The notes under the pieces were generated by a model. That model was not told the origin of the DNA. It saw only the letters and a list, made by a program, of their open reading frames with translations, and searched no databases. The position numbers and the translations under genes were made by a program. Positions 30,430-44,200 of a DNA stretch of 64,000 bases are shown here, in pieces. Each line of letters starts with the position of its first letter. Within the stretch, counting starts at the first letter, position 1. Source of the DNA: the human T2T-CHM13v2.0 reference genome, Homo sapiens; NCBI RefSeq assembly GCF_009914755.1, contig NC_060945.1; one strand, 5' to 3'.

Positions 30430-33400
30430 AATCATCCAGAGTGGAATGGAATGGAATGGAATGGAATGGAATATATTGGAATGGAATGCAACGGAATCAA
30501 CTGGAATGGAATGGAATGGATTATAATGGAATGGAATGGAATCAATCCGGGTGGAATGGAATGGAATGGAATGGAATTCAATGTAATGGAAACAAACCGA
30601 GAGGAATGTAATGGAATGGAAAGGACTGGAATGTAATGGAATGGATTGGAATCAAACCGATTCCAATGCAACGGAATGGAATGGAATGGAATGGAAAGAA
30701 ATCAACCCGAATGGAATGGATTGGAATAGAGTGGAATGGAATGGAATGGCATGGAATGCAATGAAATCAACTAGAATGGAATGGAATGGAATGGAATGAA
30801 CAGGAATGGAATGGAATGGAATGAACAGGAATGGAATGGAATGGAATGGAGTGGAATGGAATGGAATGGAGTGGAATGGAATGGAATGGAATGAAATCAA
30901 CCCGATTGGAATCGAATGGAATGCAATGGAATGGAATGGAATCAACTGGAAAGGAATCAAATGGAACGGAATGGAATGGAATGGAATGGAATGGAATGGA
31001 ATGGAGTGGAATGGAATGGAATGGAATGGAATGGAGTGGAATGGAATGGATTATAATGGAATGGAATGGAATCAACCCGAGTGGAATGGAATGGAAAGGA
31101 ATGGAATGGAATCAACCTGAGTGCAATGGAAAGGAATGGAATGGAATGGATTATAATGGAATAGAATGGAATCAATCCGGGTGGAATGGAATGGGATGGA
31201 ATCAACTCAAGTGGAATGAAATGGAATGGAATGGAATGGAATGGAATGGAATGGAATGGAATGGAATCAATTCGAGTGCAATTTAATGGTATAGAATGGA
31301 ATGGAATGGAATGGAATGGAATGGAATGGAATCAACCAGAGTGGAAACGAATGGAAAGGAATGGAATGGAATGGAATGGAATGGAATGGAATGGAATGGA
31401 ATGGAATGGAATGGAATGGAATCGAATGGAATGTAACGGCATGGAATGGAATGGAATGGAGTGGAATCAACCCGAGTGGAATGGAGTGCAATGGACTGTA
31501 AAGGCATGGAATGGAATGGAATGGAGTGGAATAAACACGAGTGGAATGGAATGGAATGGAATGGAACGGAACGGAATCAACCCGAGTGCAATGGAATGGA
31601 ATAGAATGGAATGAAATAAACACGAGTGGAAAGGAATGGAATGGAATGGAATGGAATGGAAGAGAACGGAATGGAATCAACTCGAGTTGAAAGGAATGGA
31701 ATGGAAAGCAATAGAATGGAATGGAAAGGAATGGAATGCAATGGAATGCAATGTTATGGAATGGAATCAACCTGAGTGGAATGGAATGGAATGGAATGGA
31801 ATGGAATGGAATGGAATGGAATGGAATGCAATGGACTGGAATGGAATGGAATGCAATGGAATGGACAGGAATGGAATGGAAAGGAATGGAATGGAATGGA
31901 ATGGAATGGAATGGACAGGAATGGAATGGAATGGAATGGAACGGAGTGGAATGGACTAGAATGGAATGGAATGGAATGAAATCAACCCGATTGGAATGGA
32001 ATGGAATGCAGTGGAATGGAATGGAATCAACTGGAAAGGAATCAAAAGGAATGGAATGGAATAGAATGGAATGGAATGGAATGGAATGGAATGGAATGGA
32101 ATGGAATCAACCCGAGTGGAATGGATTGGAATGGAGTGGAATGGAATGGAACGGCATGGAATTCAATGGCATCAACTAGAAAGGAATGGAATGGAATGGA
32201 TTGGAATGGAATCGAACGGAATCGCACTGAGTGGAATGGAATGGAATGGAATCAAACTGAGTGGAATGGAATGGAATGGAATGCAATGGAATGTAATGGA
32301 GTGGAAGGCATTAGAATCGACTGGAATGCAATGGAATGGAATGGAATGGAATGCAATGGAATGCAATGGAATGGAATGGAATGGAATTCAATGTAATGGA
32401 AACAAACCAAGTGGAATGTAATGAAATGGAAAGGACTGGAATGTAATGGAATGGATTGGAATCAACCCAATTCCAATGCAGCGGAATGGAATGGAAGGGA
32501 ATGGAATGGAATGGAAAGGAATGGAATGAACTGTAATGGAATGGAATGGAATGGAATTTAATGGAATGGAATGGAATCAACCCGAGTGGAGTGCAATGGA
32601 ATGGAATAGAAATGAATGGAATGGAATGGAATGGAATGGAACGGAACGGAATGGAATGAACCCGAGTGGAATGGAATGGAATGGAATGGAATGGAATGGG
32701 ATGGAATGGAATGGAATGGTTTCAACCCGAGTGGAATGGAATGGAATGGAATCAAACTGAGTGGAATGGAAGGGAATGGAATGCAATTGAATGTAATGGA
32801 GTGGAAGGCATTTGAATCAACTGGAATGGAATGGAATGGAATGGAATGGAATGGAATGGAATCAACCCCAGTGGAATGGAATATATGGAAATGGATTATA
32901 ATGGAATGGAATGGAATCAATCCGGGTGGAATGGAATGGAATGGAATGGATTATAGTTGAATGGAATGGAATCAATCCTTGTGGAATGGAGTGGAATGGA
33001 ATGGAATAGAATGGAATGGAATTCAATGTAATGGAAACAAACCGAGTGGAATGTAATGGAATGGAAAGGACTGGAATCTAATGGAATGTATAGGAATCAA
33101 CCTGATTCCAATGCAACGAAATGGAATGGAATGGAATGCAATGGAAGGGAATGGAATGGAATGGAAAGGAAAGGAATGAACTGGAATTGAATGGAATGGA
33201 ATGGAATTTAATGGAATGGAATGGAATGGAATGGAATGGAATGGAATGGAATGGAATCAACCCGAGTGGAGTGGAATGGAATGCAATGGAAATGAATGGA
33301 TTAGAATGGAATGGAATGGAATGGAATGGAATGGAATGGAATGGAATCAACCAGAGTGGAGTGGAATGGAATGCAATGGAAATGAATGGAATAGAATGGA

Positions 33401-36400
33401 ATGGAATGGAACGGAACGGAATGGAATGAACCCGAGTGGAATGGAATGGAATAGAATGGAATGGAAAGGCACGAAATGGAATGGAATGGAATGGAATGGA
33501 ATGGAATGGAATGGAATGGAATGGAATCAACCCGAGTGGAATGGAATGGAATGGAATCAAACTGAGTGGAATGGAATGGAATGGAATGCAATGGAATGGA
33601 ATGGAATGGAATGGAATGGAATGGAGTGGAAGGCATTAGAATCACCTGGAATGGAATGGAATGGAATGGAATGGAATCAACCCGAGTGGAATGGAATGGA
33701 ATGGAATCAAACTGAGTGGAATGGAATGGAATGGAATGCAATGGAATGGAATGGAATGGAATGGAATCAACCACAGTGGAATGGAATGGAATGGAATGGA
33801 TTATAATAGAATGGAATGGAATCAATCCGGGTGGAATGGAATGGAATGGAATGGAATGGAATGGAATGGAATGGAATCAACCCGAGTGGAATGGAATGGA
33901 ATGGAATCAAACTGAGTGGAATAGAATGGAATGCAATGGAATGGAATGGAATGGAATGGAATCAACAACAGTGGAATGGAATGGAATGGAATGGATTATA
34001 ATAGAATGGAATGGAATCAATCCGGGTGGAATGGAATGGAATGGAATGGAATGGAATGGAATGGAATCAACTCGAGTGGAATGACATGTGACGTAATGGA
34101 ATGGAATGGAATGGAATGGAACACAATGGAATCAATTCGAGTGCCATGTAATGGTATAGAATGGAATGGAATGGAATGGAATGGAATGGAATGGAATGGA
34201 ATCATCCAGAGTGGAATGGAATGGAATGGAATGGAATGGAATGGAATGGAATGGAATGGAATATATTGGAATGGAATGCAACAGAATCAACTGGAATGGA
34301 ATGGAATGGATTATAATGGAATGGAATGGAATCAATCCGGGTGGAATGGAATGGAATGGAATGGAATTCAATGTAATGGAAACAAACCGAGAGGAATGTA
34401 ATGGAATGGAAAGGACTGGAATGTAATGGAATGGATTGGAATCAAACCGATTCCAATGCAACGGAATGGAATGGAATGGAATGGAAAGAAATCAACCCGA
34501 ATGGAATGGATTGGAATAGAGTGGAATGGAATGGAATGGCATGGAATGCAATGAAATCAACTAGAATGGAATGGAATGGAATGGAATGAACAGGAATGGA
34601 ATAGAATGGAATGGAGTGGAATGGAATGGAATGGAGTGGAATGGAATGGAATGGAATGAAATCAACCCGATTGGAATCGAATGGAATGCAATGGAATGGA
34701 ATGGAATCAACTGGAAAGGAATCAAATGGAACGGAATGGAATGGAATGGAATGGAATGGAATGGAATGGAATGGAGTGGAATGGAATGGAATGGAATGGA
34801 ATGGAGTGGAATGGAATGGATTATAATGGAATGGAATGGAATCAACCCGAGTGGAATGGAATGGAAAGGAATGGAATGGAATCAACCTGAGCGCAATGGA
34901 AAGGAATGGAATGGAATGGATTATAATGGAATAGAATGGAATCAATCCGGGTGGAATGGAATGGGATGGAATCAACTCAAGTGGAATGAAATGGAATGGA
35001 ATGGAATGGAATGGAATGGAATGGAATGGAATAGAATGGAATCAATTCGAGTGCAATTTAATGGTATAGAATGGAATGGAATGGAATGGAATGGAATGGA
35101 ATGGAATGGAATGGAATGGAATCAACCAGAGTGGAAACGAATGGAAAGGAATGGAATGGAATGGAATGGAATGGAATGGAATGGAATGGAATGGAATGGA
35201 ATGGAATCGAATGGAATGTAACGGCATGGAATGGAATGGAATGGAGTGGAATCAACCCGAGTGGAATGGAGTGCAATGGACTGTAAAGGCATGGAATGGA
35301 ATGGAATGGAGTGGAATAAACACGAGTGGAATGGAATGGAATGGAATGGAACGGAACGGAATCAACCCGAGTGCAATGGAATGGAATAGAATGGAATGAA
35401 ATAAACACGAGTGGAAAGGAATGGAATGGAATGGAATGGAATGGAATGGAAGAGAACGGAATGGAATCAACTCGAGTGGAAAGGAATGGAATGGAAAGCA
35501 ATAGAATGGAATGGAAAGGAATGGAATGCAATGGAATGCAATGTTATGGAATGGAATCAACCCGAGTGGAATGGAATGGAATGGAATGGAATGGAATGGA
35601 ATGCAATGGACTGGAATGGAATGGAATGCAATGGAATGGACAGGAATGGAATGGAATGGAATGGAATGGAATGGAATGGAATGGAATGGACAGGAATGGA
35701 ATGGAATGGAATGGAACGGAGTGGAATGGACTAGAATGGAATGGAATGGAATGAAATCAACCCGATTGGAATGGAATGGAATGCAGTGGAATGGAATGGA
35801 ATCAACTGGAAAGGAATCAAAAGGAATGGAATGGAATGGAATGGAATGGAATGGAATGGAATGGAATGGAATGGAATGGAATGGAATCAACCCGAGTGGA
35901 ATGGATTGGAATGGAGTGGAATGGAATGGAACGGCATGGAATTCAATGGCATCAACTAGAAAGGAATGGAATGGAATGGATTGGAATGGAATCGAACGGA
36001 ATCGCACTGAGTGGAATGGAATGGAATGGAATCAAACTGAGTGGAATGGAATGGAATGGAATGCAATGGAATGTAATCGAGTGGAAGGCATTAGAATCGA
36101 CTGGAATGCAATGGAATGGAATGGAATGGAATGCAATGGAATGCAATGGAATGGAATGGAATGGAATTCAATGTAATGGAAACAAACCAAGTGGAATGTA
36201 ATGAAATGGAAAGGACTGGAATGTAATGGAATGGATTGGAATCAACCCAATTCCAATGCAGCGGAATGGAATGGAAGGGAATGGAATGGAATGGAAAGGA
36301 ATGGAATGAACTGGAATGGAATGGAATGGAATGGAATTTAATGGAATGGAATGGAATCAACCCGAGTGGAGTGCAATGGAATGGAATAGAAATGAATGGA

Positions 36401-38500
36401 ATGGAATGGAATGGAATGGAACGGAACGGAATGGAATGAACCCGAGTGGAATGGAATGGAATGGAATGGAATGGGATGGAATGGAATGGAATGGTTTCAA
36501 CCCGAGTGGAATGGAATGGAATGGAATCAAACTGAGTGGAATGGAAGGGAATGGAATGCAATTGAATGCAATGGAGTGGAAGGCATTTGAATCAACTGGA
36601 ATGGAATGGAATGGAATGGAATGGAATGGAATGGAATGGAATGGAATCAACCCCAGTGGAATGGAATGTATGGAAATGGATTATAATGGAATGGAATGGA
36701 ATCAATCCGGGTGGAATGGAATGGAATGGAATGGATTATAGTTGAATGGAATGGAATCAATCCTTGTGGAATGGAGTGGAATGGAATGGAATAGAATGGA
36801 ATGGAATTCAATGTAATGGAAACAAACCGAGTGGAATGTAATGGAATGGAAAGGACTGGAATCTAATGGAATGTATAGGAATGAACCTGATTCCAATGCA
36901 ACGAAATGGAATGGAATGGAATGCAATGGAAGGGAATGGAATGGAATGGAAAGGAAAGGAATGAACTGGAATTGAATGGAATGGAATGGAATTTAATGGA
37001 ATGGAATGGAATGGAATGGAATGGAATGGAATGGAATCAACCCGAGTGGAGTGGAATGGAATGCAATGGAAATGAATGGAATAGAATGGAATGGAATGGA
37101 ATGGAATGGAATGGAATGGAATCAACCAGAGTGGAGTGGAATGGAATGCAATGGAAATGAATGGAATAGAATGGAATGGAATGGAACGGAACGGAATGGA
37201 ATGAACCCGAGTGGAATGGAATGGAATAGAATGGAATGGAAAGGCACGAAATGGAATGGAATGGAATGGAATGGAATGGAATGGAATGGAATCAACCCGA
37301 GTGGAATGGAATGGAATGGAATCAAACTGAGTGGAATGGAATGGAATGGAATGGAATGGAATGGAATGGAATGGAGTGGAAGGCATTAGAATCACCTGGA
37401 ATGGAATGGAATGGAATGGAATGGAATCAACCCGAGTGGAATGGAATGGAATGGAATCAAACTGAGTGGAATGGAATGGAATGGAATGCAATGGAATGGA
37501 ATGGAATGGAATGGAATCAACCACAGTGGAATGGAATGGAATGGAATGGATTATAATAGAATGGAATGGAATCAATCCGGGTGGAATGGAATGGAATGGA
37601 ATGGAATGGAATGGAATGGAATCAACCCGAGTGGAATGGAATGGAATGGAATCAAACTGAGTGGAATGGAATGGAATGCAATGGAATGGAATGGAATGGA
37701 AAGGAATCAACCACAGTGGAATGGAATGGAATGGAATGGATTATAATAGAATGGAATGGAATCAATCCGGGTGGAATGGAATGGAATGGAATGGAATGGA
37801 ATGGAATCAACTCGAGTGGAATGACATGTGACGTAATGGAATGGAATGGAATGGAATGGAACACAATGGAATCAATTCGAGTGCCATGTAATGGTATAGA
37901 ATGGAATGGAATGGAATGGAATGGAATGGAATGGAATGGAATGGAATGGAATGGAATGGAATCATCCAGAGTGGAATGGAATGGAATGGAATGGAATGGA
38001 ATGGAATGGAATGGAATATATTGGAATGGAATGCAACAGAATCAACTGGAATGGAATGGAATGGATTATAATGGAATGGAATGGAATCAATCCGGGTGGA
38101 ATGGAATGGAATGGAATGGAATTCAATGTAATGGAAACAAACCGAGAGGAATGTAATGGAATGGAAAGGACTGGAATGTAATGGAATGGATTGGAATCAA
38201 ACCGATTCCAATGCAACGGAATGGAATGGAATGGAATGGAAAGAAATCAACCCGAATGCAATGGATTGGAATAGAGTGGAATGGAATGGAATGGCATGGA
38301 ATGTAATGAAATCAACTAGAATGGAATGGAATGGAATGGAATGAACAGGAATGGAATGGAATGGAATGGAATGGAGTGGAATGGAATGGAATGGAATGAA
38401 ATCAACCCGATTGGAATGGAATGGAATGCAATGGAATGGAATGGAATCAACTGGAAAGGAATCAAATGGAACGGAATGGAATGGAATGGAATGGAATGGA
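30430..38500 (+). repeat. Tandem repeat of a ~3.77 kb HSat3 unit (~2.1 copies)
   Basis: Matching ORF starts at 30611/34401/38156 (offsets 3790, 3755), ATCGCACTGA at 32221/36001 (3780), TCCTTGTGGA at ~32977/36761. Confidence 0.88.
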
Positions 38501-41200
38501 ATGGAATGGAATGAATGGAAAGGAATGGAATGGAAACTAATGGAATGGAATGGAAAGGAAACAACCCGAGTGGAACGGAATGCAATGGAATGCAATGGAA
38601 TGGAATGGAATTCAATGTAATGGAAACAAACCGAGTGGAATGTAATGGAATGGAAAGGACTGGAATGTAATGGAATGGATTGGAATCAACCCGATTCCAA
38701 AGCAATGGAATGGAATGGAATGGAAGGGAAGGGAATGGAATGGAATGGAAAGGAATGGAATGAACTGGAATGGAATGGAATGGAATGGAATTGAATGGAA
38801 TTGAATGGAATGGAATCAACCCGAGTGGAGTGGAATGGAATGGAATGGAAATGAATGTAATCGAATGTAATGGAATGGAAACTAATGGAATGGAATGGAA
38901 ACAACCCGAGTGGAATGGAATGGAATGGAATGGACTGGAAGCAACCCGAGTGCAATGGAATGGAATAAAATGGAATCGCATGGAATGGAATGAAATAAAC
39001 ACGAGTGGAATGGAATTTAATGGAATGGAATGGAATGGAATGGAATGGAATCAACCAGAGGGTAATGGAATGGAATGGAATGGAATGGAATATAACGGCA
39101 TGCAATGGAATGGAATGGAGTGGATTCAACCCGAGTGGAATGGAGTGGATTGGACTGTAACGGCATGGAATGGAATGGAATGAAGTGGAATAAACACGAG
39201 TGGAATGGAATGGAATGGAATGGACTGGAATCAACTCGAGTGCAATGGAATGGAATAGAATGGAATGGAATGGAATGGAATGAAATAAACACGAGTGGAA
39301 TGGATTTTAATGGAATGGAATGGAATGGAATGGAATGGAATGGAATGCAACTGAATAAACTGGAATGTAATGCAATGGAATGGAATGGGATGGAACGGAA
39401 TCAACCTGAGTGGAAAGGAATGTAATGGAATGGAATGGAAACTAATGGAAAGGAATGGAAACATTCCGAGTGGAATGGAATGCAATGGAATGGAATGGAA
39501 TGGAATGGAAATGAACCGAGTGGAGTGGAATGGAATAGAATGGACTGGAATGAAAAGGAATGGATTGGAATCAACCCGATTCGAGTGCAATGGAATGGAA
39601 TGGAATGGAATTGAATGGAATGGAAGGGAATGGAATGGAACGGAATGGAATAAAATCAACTGGAATGGAATGCAATGGAAAGGAATTTAATGGAATGGAA
39701 CGGAACAGAATGGAATGGAATGGAATCAACCCGAGTGGAGTAGAATGGAATGGAATGGAGTGGAATGGAATGGAGTGGAATTGAATGGAATAGAATGGAA
39801 TCAAACTGAGTGGAATGGAAATGAAAGAAATTGAAAGGAATGGAATGGAATGGAATGGAATGGAATGGAATGGAATGGAATGGAATGGAATCAACCCGAG
39901 TGCAATGGAATTGTATGGAATGGAATGGAATGGAATGGAATAGAATGGAATGGAATGGAATAGCATTGAATGGAATCAACACGAGTGGAATGGAATGGAA
40001 TGGAATGGAATTCAATGGAATGGAATAAACCCGAATGGAATGGAATGGAAATGAATGAAGTTGATTGGACTCAACCCGAGTCGAATGGAATGGAACAGAA
40101 TGCAACGGAACGGAATGGAATGGAATCAAACCGAATGAAATGGAATAGAATGTAATATAATGGAATGGAATGGAATGGAATGGAATCAACCCGAGTGGAA
40201 TGCAATGGAATGGGATGGATTGGAAAGGAATGGAACGGAATTGAATGGAATGGAAAAGAATGGAATGGAGTGGAATCAACCCGAGTGGAATGGAATGGAA
40301 TGGAATGGAAAGGAATGGAATGGAATGGAATGCTATGGAATCAACCCTAGTGGAATGGTATGGAATGTTATGGAATGGTATGGAATGGAATGGAATAAAA
40401 TGGAATGGAATGGAATGGAATCAAACCGAGTGGAATGGAATGGAAAGGAATGCAATGGAATGGAATGGAATGGAATAGAATGGAATGAAATGGAATCAAC
40501 TGGAATGGAATGGAATGGAATGGAATGGAATGGAACAGAATAAACCTGAGTGGAATGGAATGGAATGGAGTGGAAACAAATGGAATGGAATGGAAACAAC
40601 CCAATAGGAATGGAATGCAATGGAATGGAATGGTATGGAATGGAATGGAATTCAACAGAATGTAATAAACCCGAGTGGAATGGAATGGAATAGAATGGAC
40701 TGGAATGGAATGGAATGGATTGGAAAGAACCCGAGTAGAATGCAATGGAATGGAATGGAATGGAATGGAATGGAATCAACTCGAGTGGAATGGAATGGAA
40801 TGGAAGGGAATTGATTGGAATGGTAACTACCTAGTGGAATGGAATGGATTCGAATGGTATGGAATCAATCCCAGTGGAATGGAATGCAATGGAATGGAAT
40901 GGAATGGAATGGAATGGAATGGAATGAAATCAACCTGAGTGGAATGGAGTGATATAGAAGGGAATGCAATGGAATGGAATGGAATCAACCCGAGTGGAAT
41001 GGAATGGGTCGGAATGGAATGAACTAGAATGCAATGGAATGGAATGGAATGGAATCAACTGGAATGGAAGGTAATGGAATGAAATGAAATGGAATGGATT
41101 CAACCTGAGCGGAATGGAATGCAATGAAATGGAATGGAATTGAATGAAATGGAATGGATTGGAAAAAACCCGAGTGGAATGGAATAGAAAGGAATGAAAT
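38500..41200 (+). repeat. Degenerate terminal zone of the HSat3 array
   Basis: Pure GGAAT runs shorten, many singleton variants appear (GGTAACTACCTAG ~40822, GTGATATAGAAGG ~40949, GGGTCGG ~41006), and I could not match it to a long paralogous segment elsewhere in the window. Confidence 0.75.
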
Positions 41201-44200
41201 ATCAAAGTACAGAAACATATATTATATACTGTACATAAAATATCACAGCACCCAAACATATGTTATATACTGTACATAAAATATCAAACAACAAAAAAAA
41301 TATACTGTACATAAAATATCAAAGTACCCAAACTATATATTATATACTGTACATAAAATAGTAAACTATGCAAACTATATATTATATACTGTACATAAAA
41401 TATCAAGTACCCAAACTACATATTCTATAATGCACATAAACTATCAAGAAACCAAACTATATATTATATACTGTACATTAAATATCAAAGTACCCAAACT
41501 ATATATTATATGCTGCACATAAATTATGAAAGTCCACCAAATATATATTATATGCTGTATATAAAATATCAAAGTACAACAAATATATATTATATACTGT
41601 ACATAAAATATCAACGTACCCAAAATATATATTATATATTCTACAAAAAATATGAAAGTACCCAAAATATTTATTATATTCTGTAGATATAATATCAAAG
41701 TACCAAAACTATATATTATATACAGTACATAAAATATCAAAGTACCCGAACAGTATATTATATAGTGTACATAAAATATCAAAGTACAAAAATATATATG
41801 GTATACTGTAAAAAAATATCAAAGTTCAAAAATATATCTTCTATACTGTATATAAAATATCAAAGTACACCAAATATATATTCTATACTGTACATAATGT
41901 ATCAAAGTACCCAAACTATATGTTATATACTGTACATAAAATATCAAAGTAGTGAAACAATATACTATATAATGTGCATAAAATATAAAAGTACCCAAAC
42001 CGTACATTATATACTGTATATAAAATATCAAATAACCCAAACTTTATATTATATACTATACAAAAAATATTAATTTACCCATACTGTATATTACATTCTG
42101 CACATATAATATCAAAGTACACAAACTGTATATTATATAATGCACATAAAATATCAAAGTACACAAACTATATATTATATATTGTACATAAAATATCAAA
42201 GTACCCAAACTATATATTGTATACTGTACATAAAGTATGAAAGTACCCAAACTATATATTTTATACTGTATATAAAATATCAAAGTACACAAACTATATA
42301 TTATATACTGTACATAAAATATCAAACTACACAAACTGTATATACTATACTGTACATAAAATATGAAAATACACCAAATATATATTCTATACTGTACATA
42401 AAAAATCAAAGTACACCTAATATCTATTCTATACCATACATAAAATATGAAAGTACACCAAATATATATTCTATACTGTACACAAAATATGAAAGTACAC
42501 CAAATATAAATTCTATACTGTACTTAAAATAGGAAATTACACCAAATATATATTTTATGCTGTACATAAAATATCAAAGTACACCAAATATATTTTATAT
42601 AGTGTTCATAAAATATCAAAATAGCCAAAATATATATTATATACTGAACATAAATTATCAAATTCACAAACTATATATTATAAACTCTACATAAAATATC
42701 AAGGAACACAAACTATTTATTATATACTGAACATAAAATTTCAAAGTACAAATCAATATATTATGTACTGTGCATAAAATATCAAAATACACAAACGATA
42801 TACTATATACTTTACATAAAATATCAAAGTACCCAAACTATATAGTCTATACTGTAAATAAAATCGCTAAGTACACCAAATATATATTCTTTTCCATATA
42901 TAAAATATCAAATTTTACGAAATATATATTGTATACTGTGCATAAAATATAAAATTACACCAAATATATATTGTATACGTATATAAAATATCAAAGGACA
43001 GTAAATATATATTATATACCTTACATAAAATATCAAAGTACACCAAATATATATTCTATACTGTACATAAAATATCAAAGTAACAAAAGTATATATTATA
43101 TAATTTACATAAAATATCAAAGTACCCATATTATATATTATATACTGTACATAAAATATCAAATTAACAAAGGTATATATTATATACTGTACATAAAATA
43201 TCAAAGTACAAAAAGTACATATGATGTACTGTACATAAAATATCAAGGTACCAAAAATATATATCATTTACTGTACCTAAAATATCAATGTACCCAAAGT
43301 TTATATTATGTACTGTACAAAAAATATCCAAGTACCCATACTATATAGTATATTCTGTATATAAAATATGAAAGTACACAAACTATATATTATAAAATGT
43401 ACATAAAATATCAACGTACAAAAAACATATATTATATACTGTACATAAAATATCAAAGTACCGAAACTATATATTATATACTGTATATAAAATATCACAG
43501 TACCCAAACTATATATTAAATACTGTATATAAAATATCAAAGTACCCAAACTATATATTATATACTGTACTTAAAATATCAAAGTACCAAAATTACGTAA
43601 TACATACTGAACATAAAATACCAAAGTATTCAAACTATATATTATATACCGGACATAAAACATCAAACTACCCAAACTATATATTATATACCGTACATAA
43701 AATATCAAAGTACCCAAAATATATATTATATACCATACATAAAATATCAAAATACCCAAACTGTATATTATACACTGTACATAAAATATCCAATTACCCA
43801 AAATATATATTTTGCACTGTACATAAAACATCAAAGTAGACCAAATATATATTATGTACTGAAAAAAAAACATCAAAGTACATAAAACGTATATTATATA
43901 CTGTACATAAAATATCAAAGTACATCAAGTGTATATTTACACTGTAGATAATGTATCAAAGTACCCAAATTATATATTAAATACTGTACATAAAATATCA
44001 AATTATGCAAAGTATATATTAAATACTGTAAGTAAAATATAAAAGTACCAAAACAATAAATTATATACACTGCATAAAATATGTAAGTAAACCAAATATA
44101 TATTATATACTGTACATAAAATATCAAAGTACACGAAATGTATATTATATACTGTACATAAAATATCAAAGTACACCAAATATACATTATATACTGTACA

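Larger units (their letters stand above)
1..41200 (+). repeat. Human Satellite 3 (HSat3 / satellite III) array, (GGAAT)n on + strand, (CATTC)n on - strand
   Basis: Seen: continuous GGAAT pentamers interrupted by 10-bp spacers of the CAACCCGAGT family (variants CAACTCGAGT, CAACCAGAGT, AAACACGAGT, CAAACTGAGT, CAATTCGAGT), with no strand switch in 41 kb. Established: GGAAT plus CAACCCGAGT is the satellite III signature, and the CATTCGATTC-rich HSat2 pattern is not dominant. The array extends beyond the left edge. Confidence 0.97.

Noticed and set aside
1-41200. Assignment as HSat2 or as the Y-chromosome DYZ1 ~3.6 kb repeat
   Set aside because: CATTCGATTC-type motifs are rare. The periods seen (0.785, 2.8, 3.4, 3.7, 3.77 kb) are local and irregular, and the neighbour is HSat1A rather than the Alu-containing HSat1B/DYZ2.
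25-41259. Hundreds of ORFs encoding poly(MEWNG) on + and poly(IPFHS) on -
   Set aside because: (GGAAT)n has no stop codon in any frame and contains ATG every 5 bp, so such ORFs are inevitable. There is no promoter, splice or codon evidence. The same WNGME pentapeptide is known from the SCA31 (TGGAA)n expansion, but nothing here shows translation.
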